Position numbers and translations under genes: made by a program | Shown: one piece after another, positions 27,570-39,282 of the stretch | How the letters are laid out: the number at the start of each line of letters is the position of its first letter | Position numbering within the stretch: position 1 is the first letter of the stretch | Source of the DNA: Lama glama | Taxonomy: Eukaryota | DNA: 64,000 nt | Assembly (NCBI GenBank): GCA_028534125.1 | Contig: CM052817.1 | Location: forward strand, 106,084,001 to 106,148,000 | Direction of reading: 5' to 3' | Notes under the pieces: generated by a model | Databases searched by the model: none | Seen by the model: the letters and a program-made list of their open reading frames with translations, nothing else | What the model was told of the DNA's origin: nothing

Positions 27570-27950
27570 TTATATGAAGAAAATTTATTAACAGAAAACA
27601 ATAATTTGAGTAGCCCTGTTTACAGTTGGTGACTATAGCAACACCCTTCTCACAGGCCCTATTGAACATCAGTGACATCCTGAATCTATCTCGGTCCCAG
27701 GGCCAGGAGTCTTGGTCATGTTTCCTCCTGTGACCTGGAGTTCGGTATATAGGGCAGTACGTCCAGCTCCTTGCACCCTGGGCCACATCCTGGGTGGCCA
27801 ACATGGCAGCATATGGTGAAGATCCATCATTATCAGCCTTCCGCTTCATCCCTGCAGTCACACAGCAGCTGTCTCCTTGCCAGGGAGATTGGTGACATAG
27901 ACCAAAGGGTCACTGAAGGATGTAAATATGTGGCAGACACCAAATACATT
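27570..27950 (-). pseudogene. RPS14: Processed pseudogene of ribosomal protein S14 (5'-truncated, degenerate)
   Basis: NVFGVCHIF...[27 protein letters not shown] matches RPS14 (VFGVCHIF...[27 protein letters not shown]). Intronless, frameshifted, with AATAAA downstream at about 27589-27584. Confidence 0.93.
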
Positions 27951-28379
27951 TTTTATATATTATTTATATATATATGTCCTTCATATAAGAGTTATACATA
28001 AGGCTATATATGTAAGAATTCTTATGCATAAGAATTACATAAGGATATATATATATATATAAGAATTCTTACATATATACAAATTCACGTATGTGTGTTG
28101 AAACAGAATCATGATAATGTTGTTTTTAAATTCTGTTACCATAGAACAAGTCTGTGCTTATAGAAAACTAATTAATGTAGTATTTTATTATATCAAAAAG
28201 CTTTTAGTATATCAATTATGCCAAGAATTCGAAATTCACAAATTTTCTTTCTTATACTTAGAAAAACAAAGATATAGACATCAAAAAGAGCTTTGAATAT
28301 TAGAATGCATTGCAGTTAAAAATGGGAATGTCAAGGTTAACTATATAAAAGGTGAGTTAATTTTTATATACATATTTAC

Positions 28380-28412
28380 CTTTATTGTATCAGCTTCAGA
28401 TATGGGCTTCTT
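28380..28412 (-). pseudogene. 33-nt internal exon (phase 0-0), KKPISEADTIK
   Basis: Acceptor TCTGTGTTCATCCAG, donor AAG/GTAAAT; open and compatible with the phase-0 junctions on both sides. Confidence 0.6.
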
Positions 28413-29818
28413 CTGGATGAACACAGACTACTTATTAGAAATATGAAATATGATGTGAAATATTTTGGAGGAATAAATCATTTATCCAAACTCTCAATCT
28501 TAGTGACTGATCTAATAATGTAAACATCAGAATAACTTTAACATTCAAAATTTTTAAAATATATATATTATTTTAAACTGAGTCCAGAAAGAAGTGAGTA
28601 ATGTTTTTTTTCTTTCTATGTGGTTCATAAAAAATAAATACTAGATTTTGCCTTCCTCGTTTAATATATATCATGAAATATTCTCTTCTCTTATAATTCA
28701 GATAAGCAGATTCAGTTCAGATTTTTGAATGGGAGAAGTTGCACATCAAATTTCTCACAGTCTTTTCATGTGTACTTAAAAATATGATTAAAAGTGATTT
28801 AAAATGTATACAAAATTTTTCAATACGTAGAATCAATAAAAATTATGAAAACATTCTGTACAGATATTTTAATATCTTTAATTTCCTCTTGTTAGCTTTC
28901 TTATTGTCAATCTTTCATTTCAGGCATGTTGTATATTAAAATGGCAAGTTCACTAGATTTAATTGGTTTTTTTCTTTGGTTGTTTATCACTTAATCATTC
29001 AATGCCCAACTGCAATATTTATGATCTTTACAAAATAAACCAAGAAATAAAAATGTAGTCAGAAATAAAACTGACCCAACAATAAAATAAAGAAAAAAAA
29101 CTGTAGCAAACCTGTCAAAATTAAAATTGACTCAATAATAGAATTAAAAAAAAATAAAATTAACAAAAGAAAAAGAACTGCAGTAAAACCGTGAGTGCTT
29201 CTCTATTGTCTTCCTACTTAAATCAAAATTCTTCAGCTGGAACCAAGGCTCTTCATCATGTGTTCTCCAATTTGCCTACTAAAGCATCTCTTTCTATGCA
29301 GTGTGAACCTGCCTACAACACAGGCTCTCTCCCTTGGTTCCTTTTCACATGAAATGCCATTTATAGGGATAATGCATCTCCCAAAAATATGCTCATTTTT
29401 CAAGCTCTATGTCATCCATGAAATATCTCTTAATTCTTGATGTCCTTCTGCTCTCAAGGCAGAAGTGATGGTTCCCATTTTAAACTCACATTTTATTTAT
29501 TTGGACATTTGTTATCTGGAATATTAAATACATCTGTATGTATCTTCTCTCATTAATCACATAATAAAAACCAAAATTTCTCAATTTTTAGGGACCCCTT
29601 TATCCCCCTTTTTAGCAGTGCTTTGTATATAAAAGTATTTTGCAATACATAGCATGTAAAACAAAGTGTCATTTTCTGAAATTTTAATGCTTTTTTTTCT
29701 ATTGGATAAGATGGAAAACATTAAGTTGCAAGGTAGGATAATTAAGAATTTGCATAAGCATTTTCATATGAGTATTTCCTTTTGGGGAGTACTTGATTTG
29801 ACCCCTACCCCCATTCAC

Positions 29819-29895
29819 CATGATGTCTGTTTTTTCACTTAACCACATTCCTTGAAAACAGATGTCCAACTCCTCAGTGTTGGTGAATACTTGTA
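29819..29895 (-). pseudogene. 77-nt internal exon (phase 1-0), QVFTNTEELDICFQGMWLSEKTDIM
   Basis: Acceptor TTTGAAATTCTCAG, donor ATG/GTGAAT (an alternative donor would end the exon at 29809); open. Confidence 0.7.
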
Positions 29896-30073
29896 CTGAG
29901 AATTTCAAATAAGATAGACAAGAAGATCATGGTTCATGCTATTAATGGAAATACTTATTTTCAAATACTTTCAAATATCTCTTGGTTTGTCCTATTTCTC
30001 TCCTTAACTAAGACATCACTAGGTGACCCTCTCCTCCCACATAGTGAATAGTGCACCAGGGTGTGTCTCTTAC

Positions 30074-30122
30074 TCAGAAATGGAAAACCAATTACACAGT
30101 GAATATTATCACCATGCCAACT
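30074..30122 (-). pseudogene. 49-nt internal exon (phase 0-1), SWHGDNIHCVIGFPFL
   Basis: Acceptor GAGTTTTTCCAG, donor GTAAGA; open. Confidence 0.72.
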
Positions 30123-30214
30123 CTGGAAAAACTCAAACCATTGCCATAGTGACAATGGATGCTAGCGATGTGCAATTTTGATCAAAGATATTCTAACTAA
30201 TAAATAATATTAAG

Positions 30215-30470
30215 AAATATTAGACAGGTGATGGATGTATTAAATGACCATATAGTAGCAATTATTTTGCTATATATATGTAGCAAAAAATATATATATA
30301 TATAAAATCATTATGTTGCATACCTTAAACTTATACAATTTTATATATATAGCAAAATATATACATATTTATATATTAGCAAAATATATATATATATATA
30401 AAATCATTATGTTGCATACCTTAAACTTATACAATTTTATTTCAATTAAATCTCAATAAAGCTGGAGAAA
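30215..30470 (+). mobile_element. L1M 3' end with internal duplication and (TA)n
   Basis: ggtgatggatgtattaa...aatcattatgttgcataccttaaacttatacaatttt (twice)...ctcaataaagctgg. Confidence 0.75.
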
Positions 30471-30488
30471 GAAAGATTAGACAAATAC

Positions 30489-31329
30489 CTATTGATGAAG
30501 ATTCAAGGCAAGATTACTACAGTTGTACTAATGTAAAAATCACGATCCTGATCATTTGAGTCAATTCCTCCCCAACCATTCTTTCCTTTGATGGTTGTCC
30601 TTGGTGTCTCCTTCGAAGTAGTGTTACAAGTCAAATCCCCCAAGAGACACTGACATTTAAAGCCTTGAGTTTCTCTAAAGCAAATGCTTTGTCCCCACAC
30701 TTGGGATTGTTTTCCATGCATTGTGACAGCTAAGAGTTATTTTTCCAATGGAAGGGGCATGTCTTGCAGAAACAAAGAAACTTGAAGCAGAAGAGAATTT
30801 GCATTCCCTCTGTGCAGCTGACTCTCAGGTCAGAGAAAACAGAAGAAGTGTGAAAGGCACACCAAGGTTTGCTTTTCAAACGTGTTCATTGGATCAGTTG
30901 CTCATTTTCTCAGGTTCAGAGTAAGTGAAACCGCAGAGATTCCAAGAGTATTGCATGATTAGATGTCGCAAAGCAAAAGCAGGAGTGGAAAAATGTTTGC
31001 CTCTTAATATTCTCCCATTTCTATTCTCTTAACCTCACCAGTCTTAACTTTTAAGACTACAGCCAACTAAGGATGTGCTATCAATTTCAAGGCACTACAT
31101 CAGCCATTTACACGGTTTTATTTCCACCTTCATAGGACCAGTTTCTCAAACAGCAGCTACTTTTGCTTTTGGGCCAACAAGAAAGGGAGTTAGGACAGAT
31201 CAGTGAATTAATGAAATCCATCTCAAAGGCATCCTGTATCAAGTCCATGTGTTTACTCTATATTTTGTTTCCCTTTCCATACTGAGTCAAGCTTTGAAAT
31301 TCACCATCCTCTCTAAGTCTTCTACTATA
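30489..31329 (-). pseudogene. Degraded coding region: either one ~840-nt exon or two exons (~31329-31039 and 30762-30489)
   Basis: Donor AG/GTATTT at 30488, AG acceptors at 31331-31330 or 31326-31325, internal GTGAGG donor and TTTCTTTGTTTCTGCAAG acceptor. Protein-like segments occur in shifting frames (NKI*SKHMDLIQDAFE; FLVGPKAKV; MADVVP; YSWNLCGFTYSE; CGDKAFALEKLKAL) with several stops and frameshifts. Confidence 0.6.
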
Positions 31330-32950
31330 CTTAAATGGCACAAGAATACTCCAGTTATAAGATACACAAAGATTTTTTAATAGGAATGCTAAAAATATCA
31401 AAATGCCCCTCTTTAATAAGAACTCCTCCCATTACAAAATGTCTAAACTCAATGAAAATATAAACATTAAAACCTCTTAAAAATTTAAGTGTGTAATGTC
31501 AAAATTCAAAGATTAAAATTCAAAATTGATGTATTTTACTTGTGAGTTAAAAGTCCACAAAATGAAGATTAGTTATTACTATTAATATATTTTATGTTGC
31601 TCAGTCTTAGCCAGATGCCAAGATTGGGCTGAAATTTCTTTCACCAAGAATAGTCTGGTGGGATTTGTACAACCCCCAACAGGGGTCTCACAGATGATAT
31701 AAATCTAGTTCTAAATCTCTTGTGGATCTCACTTTTATAGAGTACACAGAGTTAACAGGACACAAAAGATGTTCATATTTGTGTTCCTCCACTTACCAAC
31801 TTTAGAATCATCCCACCTCTGCCACCAGAGGTGTGACCTTAGACAAAATTGTGATCCTGGAACATAGTCTCAAATATTGCTACAGGATTATATTAAAAAC
31901 AAAACAGTATTTGCAGGATGGAGAGTATGAAAGAAAAATCCTGGTTTCTCCTTCCCCAGAATCACAATCAGTACCAGCTGACATCAATCTAAAACCTGTA
32001 AACTTAAACTCACTTGTGAAATGTCTTCCAGTAAAAAGGTTAATTTTGCCATGAATTATTTACCATACAGGGAGGGAACGTCCAACCATGCATACGTCTT
32101 CTCTTTTGTGAGAAAGAGATTGAAACAGTGTTGCCTGAATGCAAGATCTAGAGATCTGTCTATTGTAGTTCCACTCAATCTATCTTATTTCAGGTATAAT
32201 TCTTTTCCTATATTCACTACCCCAAGCCTTGTGTTTCTGGCACCCATGGATTAGTCAACTGAAATTGGATTAGATTTAATGACATGGAATCTAAACTATT
32301 GTGGGAAATGATTTTGAGCTGAGTCACAGTGACTGTGTGTGTTTGTTGTCACTTGGCATAGAATTCCTTAGGTCTAAAAAAATCTGTCTTGTAAAAAATG
32401 ATTCATCCATCATATGTTAATAGCCAAGCTAGAGCCAACTTGAGACTGTCCTAGGTGATGGCTTACATGCCTAGATTGTATGATTTCACACCTCTCTCTC
32501 CCCTCCATCCATGCTACTGCCTTGACCCTGAATGGAAAACAGAAATTGGGAAATGAATCCAGAGTTGCTTAGGTGGACCGAGTCTACAATTTAAAGCTGG
32601 GAGCTCACCAGTGGCTGCACAGCACATGCTGAGTTAACTCAGTTTGAAGTAGCATAAGTTTTTCCAACTCCTTACTTCTAAAAAGCCAATATTTGAGTTG
32701 CCTGTTTTGTCATATTTGAAACTTTGCTTCATTGATGCCAGCTGAGGTAAGGTTACTCTTGATGTAGAAAGACCTACTCATTCTGGAAAAAAAATTTAGT
32801 ATAAGGCACAGTCATCCACTAAGGCGGTAACACCTTGTGGCCTGCGGCATAAAGCTTCCTGCTCAGGCTGTCTGCAACTATGAAAATTGGCTTTGTAACT
32901 CAATATAAACTTCTGCAAACTGCTCACTTCCCCATGCCAGGCCCACTCAC

Positions 32951-33071
32951 AGAAGTCCAGAAGCCACAGAACATTTGACTTGACCGTGTAAGACACCTCA
33001 ATCAGTCCAAACGTAGCTTTTCCCCTGAAGGTTTGCTCCTTGACTATTTCTCAAAGTCAAAGGCCAGTCTC
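32951..33071 (-). pseudogene. 121-nt exon, ...EIVKEQTFRGKATFGLIEVSYTVKSNVLWLLDF
   Basis: Acceptor AATTCAATTTACAG, donor GTGAGT; 3' part open, 5' part has stops or a frameshift. Confidence 0.62.
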
Positions 33072-33643
33072 CTGTAAATTGAATTTGCCTCTCTCCACAC
33101 ACACACATCCATCAGGCAGGGCCTTCCCCTTAAGATGCATGTCTTAAAAGAAAAGATAAGAACGTGTGAAAAAGTAGCCCCTTCCCAAGAGAAAAAGAAG
33201 GATAGTGGGCTGGTTGATTCAAGCCAAGTTCCCACCAATCAGACCCCTGTGTTAATCCCTAACGTGAGAGGGTGAACAGAAGGGGCAGAGAGAGCCAAGA
33301 GCGTGAACTGGCCATCTCACTGCATAGAAAGCATCAGAAGAGTGTTTATGGATGAGAAGAAATCTCACTGTCACTTTAATTTTAATTTATGGATTACTAG
33401 ATAAATTGATCAGTTTTGAATTAAAAAGCTACAATTATACTTCTTTTTTGGGAATTATTTTTCCATGTTTCTTAAACATACGTTTTCCTTTATCAATATG
33501 TACTTTCTGTTTACCTAGAATAAATTAGCCCTTTGTTGCAAATGTCCTAGAGACACATTGTTGTCAGATAGAATCCGATCCAAAATCCCTACAATTTTAA
33601 CCACAGTTGTTATAACACGTAAAAAATATGAGTGTAGGACCGC

Positions 33644-34310
33644 TGTATTGATCAGGATGTGGTTTTGGCTGTTACAACCAGGGCCAAAATAACAATGGTT
33701 TGAACAAAATAAAAGTCTATTTCCTCATCATGTAAAAGTCATAGCGGCCAGTGGGAAGAGAAGGGGAGGAGGGCACTGTTCTCTGCCTCCAGGGCACAGG
33801 CCGGAAGTTGTGCGCATCGTGTCTGCTTCTCTATCAGTGGTCCTGTCAAAGGGCACATCTGACTTACAGGAGCCTGGGAAGTGTCTGTTCAGCTGAACGG
33901 ACCTGCAGCTAAATCCTCTATTACTCTGGGGATCAGCAAACATTATCTGTATAAGTACCAAGAACAAATCTTTGAAATTTGGGGGACCATTTGATCTCTG
34001 TCACAACCGCTCAACTGTGTGCAACCCCTCAACCGTGCTGTTGTAGCACAAACGCTGTCATAAACAGCACGCAATGGGGTCGCTGTGCTTCAGTGTGAGT
34101 TCGTTTATGAGCAACGGAATTTTACCTTCATTGGAGGTTCACATTATAAAATATTATTTATCTTTTCATGGGTTTTTCGACCACTCAAAATGCAAGAGCC
34201 ACGCAGATCGGTGGTGGAACTGGGTTTGGCTGCCTGACAGTAGTTTGCAAACTCCACTCAGCAGGAAAAAAAGGAGTATGGGGGACTGCTTGCTGGTTTC
34301 TGCCATAGAT
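33644..34310. mobile_element. MLT1-type MaLR LTR interrupted by a MER58B-like hAT MITE (about 33926-34255)
   Basis: ggctgttacaac...aacaatggtttgaac; ggggatcagcaaac...tagtttgcaaactcc TIR-like ends. Confidence 0.65.
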
Positions 34311-34899
34311 ACCTGGTAAAATAAATTTCAAAAAATACAAGAATGGCACTGCATTACTAAATGTATTAATGTTTTTCATGATGTTAGTCCTTAAAATCAT
34401 TAAGCATTTTGTATGATCTCAATAAATAACAAACAAATTGTTTTGACAAGTTTGAAATCTGTTTATAAATAGTGAAACAAACAAAATCCTTGGATATGGA
34501 TTCAATTCTGCCTCCACATCTTACTATATATGAAGATTAAACACATCTTTCAGCCACACTGATGCCAACTTTTTAAAGTGATAACACTAATTTTGCCTAT
34601 CTGATATCATGAGGTTAATTACCAAATGCCCTGAACTTGATCAGTTCTCATTGTTCATCTCTCTCCATAATTCCACATTATTTCATTCTTTTTATGGAAA
34701 ATAAGTTTATAAAGCAATTTCTCTCTGCATGATCCATGAGAGTCTATTTCATTTCTTTAGCAATTCCTTTTACAATCCTTTCATCTGTTTCTTCTTTCTT
34801 TATTCATTTTGTGTCACTTTTTCCCTGGATACCATTTTTAGTCTTTTTTCTCCCTATATAAATTTTCCCATTAAAAATTCATCTTATTTTATGACTTCA

Positions 34900-36095
34900 G
34901 TCATCACTGAAGACTGAAAGATCTATAATATCAACATATTTAAATGCCTACCAGAAATCTTCTGGACATCCCTAGGCAATTCAAACTCCTCATGACTCCC
35001 ATTCCACAAAATGTGGTTTTTCTAGTAATCTTTTCAGTTATTTATACCATCATTCACCTAGTTGTCTAAGTGACATTATTTATCCATCCATTGTTCATAG
35101 CATGTGTTTTGACCTGGCATTTATGCTGTAATGTCGAGCAAAAAAGAATAGCTCCCACTTTTCATGAGCTTAAATGCTAGATGAGAGAGAAGCAGAAAAA
35201 AAATCAAGTGAGAAAATACACATGGATAATTATTTCATTTTGAACTAAGTATTATAAAGATAATAAGACAGACTACCCCTTTGGAAAGTAACTATGATAG
35301 GGAACCAGTAAACAGGATGGTCTGGGAAAGCCACCCCTAGGAGGAAGCACTGGAGTTGGGTTCTGAATCAATCTGAAGAAGACAGCCTTCACAAGAACCT
35401 AGAAATCTGAATGGCATCCTTCACTGCTGTCTCATGATATATCACGTATCCAGTGCGTTATCCCAAATGGGCCATTACATGTCCTCAGTAGCATCCCAAA
35501 TCATCAGCTTCTCACTGTCTCCTCTGCTACCGTTTTGATTCTTGCAATCCTATTTTCCAGTGGAGTCTTGTCTCGTCCCATTAGCTCTCCACATTTCACC
35601 AGAGAGATCTCTCTACAACGCAGATCTTCTCGGCTGACTTCCCTAATAACATCTGTCATTGGGTTTTCACTTAGGGAGAGTCACCACTTGTCCCCAGGCT
35701 TAAAATGTTCAAGATCCCAAAATATGACCAGATTACAGCTTAAATCTTATGTTTCTCTTTCCCACAACATTATCCATGCCCAAACTCTCCTAAAACACTC
35801 CAGTCCCCTTAATATTTACTGTTGAATTTCGACTGAGCTTTTTGAATGGTCTTCCTAATGTTTGGATTCCTTGCTCTGGCTAGTTAACTCCTGTTCACAT
35901 CACTTCCATGCCAACTTAAATGTGATAATTTATACATTGTAAAGAAAATATCCTTTGAATTTTTTTACACTTTTGCTAGCTTGTAAGGTTCTGGAGTGCT
36001 AGGAATTATTTTTGCTCAACTTCATATACGCAAGACTTAGCACGGAAATTAACAATATGGCAAGTAATGCTCAATCGTTATTTATTTGATAAATC
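34900..36095. mobile_element. L2 fragments
   Basis: Typical L2 motifs (acatccctaggcaattcaaactc; aatgctcaatcgttatttatttgataaatcaa). Confidence 0.55.
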
Positions 36096-36374
36096 AAATA
36101 AGTTTTATAAAAGTTTCAGTCCTTTAAACTGAATAGTTTCACTCAAAATTTTTGTAGTAATAACATAAACTGATATCTTTGCTGTTCAACATTGAATCCC
36201 TGATACACTGAGACATGTGGTAGTTTCTCAACAAATATGTATTTTTATATTTGTATGTTTTTGTATGTATTTATGTTTGTAGGAAAGAATGAGTGCATGA
36301 CTGAGATGATCTTCAGTTAAAAATGAAACATGGCCTAAGAGTTATTTAGGGCAGGAAGACACTTGACCTAAGCT

Positions 36375-36890
36375 TAGTGCTTCTGGAACGTGCTACCCAA
36401 ATTGTGGTCGGAGGCCAGCCCCACTAAAATCACCTGGGGTTGTTGGAAAGGCAACTTTCAGTCTCATCCCAGACTTGGTGAATCAGAATCTCTTCTATGT
36501 GGCGTCTAGGAATCCGTGTTTGAACAAGCTATTCAGATGATGGAGGGCATATTACATCACAGTTTACTGCAACCCACACACCAAAATGCTGATTTTGCAG
36601 GTACAAGGTTAGATCTGATAATCTGCGTTTTTAAGAAGCGCTCAGGAGGTGTTGATAGTGCCAGTTTGGGGACCACACTGTAAGAAGCAAGAGCTGGCCA
36701 ACTACAGGCAGGCCAGGTCTGGCCAGCTGCCTGTTTTTGCAAATAAAAATTTATTGGAACAAAGCCACCCATTCCTTAAAATATGATCTACGGTCACTTG
36801 GGTTCAAACACGGCAGAATCAAGTTGTCGTGACAAGACCACTTGGCCCAGAGAGCCTAAATATTTACCCTTGGACCCTTTACAGAAAGTT
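36375..36890. mobile_element. MER5-like and MER58A-like hAT-Charlie MITEs
   Basis: aatcacctgggg...gaatcagaatctc; tttggggaccacactg; gcctgtttttgcaaataaaaatttattggaac...ccctttacagaaag. Confidence 0.72.
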
Positions 36891-37044
36891 TTCAAGTCAA
36901 AAAGCATAATTTTTTCCTGTCTTAATTTTTTGTTTTTTCATTTCTAGTTGAATTTAATAAATTGAAATTTTTTTTTATTAAGAGGGAAAAAGGAAAATCA
37001 ATGAAAGTAATTGCAACTTAACCTGCGATTTTTATGACATTTAC

Positions 37045-37211
37045 CTACTGGCATAAACACTTTTGAATCCACTGTCTGTGGGCTTTCAGAAGATTTGCAC
37101 TCTATTTAATATTACAAACCAGCAAAACTTACCCTTTAAATGAATAAACACATTGATTCCGAACAACCTATTTCATAGCACAGCTTTAAAAAGTATGTTT
37201 TCTTAGGTTTA
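37045..37211 (-). pseudogene. 167-nt exon (phase 2-1), KPKKTYFLKLCYEIGCSESMCLFI*RVSFAGL*Y*IECKSSESPQTVDSKVFMPV
   Basis: Acceptor GTTCTTTCAG, donor TAG/GTAAAT; three TAA stops; candidate degenerate GS...D NTase motif. Confidence 0.5.
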
Positions 37212-37629
37212 CTGAAAGAACTACTAAATTAAAATAAATGATATGAATATGAAATAAATATAATATTAAAATATCATAATGCATCTCAGTTAAATGAGCA
37301 ACTAAGAGAGTAACAGAACAATTTAAAAGATACATGGTTTTTTTGTTCTTGACCAGAAAGAAACAAATTCAACAAATGTCACAAAAATGTTAAACAAATA
37401 AACTTTTTAATGACTTACATTCTAAGCACTAAAATGTAAAATACATTCATTTGCACCGTAGAAGTACATTAAAATCATAAAGCTATTAAGGTGCCACTTT
37501 TCTATCCAAATAAAAACACATTAATCTCCTGCCTTTCCAAATTATACTATAAAGAATTTCTTCACTAAAAACAGATTGAAGAGTTTTACCCAAGTGGGCT
37601 TAAATAAATAAATGTTTTAAGAAACTACA

Positions 37630-37830
37630 AATAAATATTTAATTTTTTGTGTGTTAAATATTTAACACAGTTCCTGGAAAGAGCTCTTGCCTGTCTCGGA
37701 AATTGGCTTATGTTCCTGATGAAGTCATGTCATTAAAAACATAGCAGCAGCTTCAGTATAAAATAATTCAACTTTAATCTTCTTTTTGATATTCCAAGCC
37801 ATACAGTGAATGATTAGTCTGGGACATTTT
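37630..37830 (-). pseudogene. Candidate first coding exon, MAWNIKKKIKVELFYTEAAAMFLMT*LHQEHKPISETGKSSFQELC*IF
   Basis: Acceptor CTTCAAACCAG at 37831, ATG at 37802 followed by G; long frame with two stops; donor weak and uncertain. Confidence 0.38.
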
Positions 37831-39084
37831 CTGGTTTGAAGCAGTATTTTTTACAAATAGCTTTATGCTTATCTATAATGAAGTTGTGTTTACATTCAAA
37901 TGTAAAACACAATTTACCAAGTATTATTCCAGAGATAACCCAGTGTCATCTCAGCCAGTAACACACAGACTTATACATACACGTGTATGTCTATATACGT
38001 GTGTGTATATATATTTATAATCATAATTTTTGTAATTATACTGCAGCTCCATTTTAACAAGAAAAAATGTTAGTGATATTTGATTACATGCATTTTTATC
38101 TTAATGCAGAATGCTTTTTTAAAATAATTTTAAAAGTAATAATAATTGTTATTATTATTATTTGTTTTTAGGAATAGGTACCACATTCTTTTCAGGTATC
38201 ATGACTAGGATGTGGAAAGAAATAGGTCAAGGATGAAGTCTGAAGATAAGTCCTTGCACCTTAATGTTTTGGGTTTAAGGAAAAGACACTTTAAAACCTT
38301 TAAAAACTTAAAAATCCCAGCGCCAAGTGACCATATGTCTGTATCTTTAAAGGCAAAATTCAGAATAACAAAGATCCAAATTAAATGGGGGTATACCAAA
38401 TATATTAATAGTGTTTTAAATAAATAAGATACTAAGCCCTCTTAATCAATAATGCAGTTCTTAAACTTGGTCATATAAACTCTGTGGAAATAGTCCAATG
38501 TTTGAGTATATATTGCTCCTAAAATAGAAATAAATATTCAATTTCATTTTGTGTTAAATGTTTAGAAGTTACTTGAATAATTTTTATTTTAAAATTTGAG
38601 AAATAAAACCTCTTAGAGGTGTGGTGTCCAACAGGTATTCACATTTGAAATGTTCATGGATGCTAATTGTTTTGCTCTTCAGTGGTCTTGTGGTAATTTG
38701 TACTCCTACAATACAGGAAAGCATGTATTTTCACACGCCTATAGTTAATATTTACAACTGATGAAAAAAATAATTCTAAGCCTTATGTGACTATCATTCA
38801 ATTATCTGTGAATATAAAATATATTACCCTGTTCATTTTGCCTTTATGTCTTCAAATCATTTTCATTAAGTGCTTTGATCTTATTTTTATTTATTCATTT
38901 GTACAAGCTCATACGTTATGCATTTTAGTTCTTGTTTTAAATGTCACAAAACGCCCCTAATTGCCAGTTAAATGTTAATCTGATTATACTGATACATCAT
39001 ACGGAATTTTGAGTTTCTTTCCTTATGTCTTTCTTTGTCATTTCTAACAATTTACCCTTTAGTCTTTTTCTGAAAAATGTCTTG

Positions 39085-39200
39085 AGCTAATTAAATCTTC
39101 CCTGCTCGCCTTCCTCATTCCCTTACAAGTCTGAATAAATTACTTGCACTTAACTCCTTGCCTTGGGCTCTGCTTCAGTGGAACCCAACTTATAGCAGCA
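39085..39200 (+). mobile_element. LTR16/LTR33-like ERVL LTR 3' fragment
   Basis: ctgaataaattacttgcact...ggctctgcttcagtggaaccca. Confidence 0.5.
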
Positions 39201-39282
39201 GACGGGATCGCCTACTATAGGGAAGTAGGTGAGGGAAATTGTGCAGTGCCTAAGACTCAGGTCAAAAACCTCCTGTTTTGCC

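Larger units (their letters stand above)
19708..37830 (-). pseudogene. Unprocessed multi-exon pseudogene (about 13 exons); N-terminal half resembles a Mab-21/cGAS-like nucleotidyltransferase, C-terminal half unrecognised
   Basis: Exon chain 30122-30074, 29895-29819, 28412-28380, 27133-27048, 26861-26709, 25380-24987, 21355-21304, 20368-20330, 20177-19708. All have AG acceptors and the internal exons have GT donors. Phases 0-1,1-0,0-0,0-2,2-2,2-0,0-1,1-1,1-stop sum to 1353 nt (451 codons) with 5 internal stops. Further degraded exons lie upstream to about 37830. Confidence 0.8.

Noticed and set aside
31790..31860. GTAAGT donor-like site on the minus strand inside the pseudogene
   Set aside because: It lies in MIR-like sequence (aaggtcacac...tggcagag) and is not needed for the exon chain.
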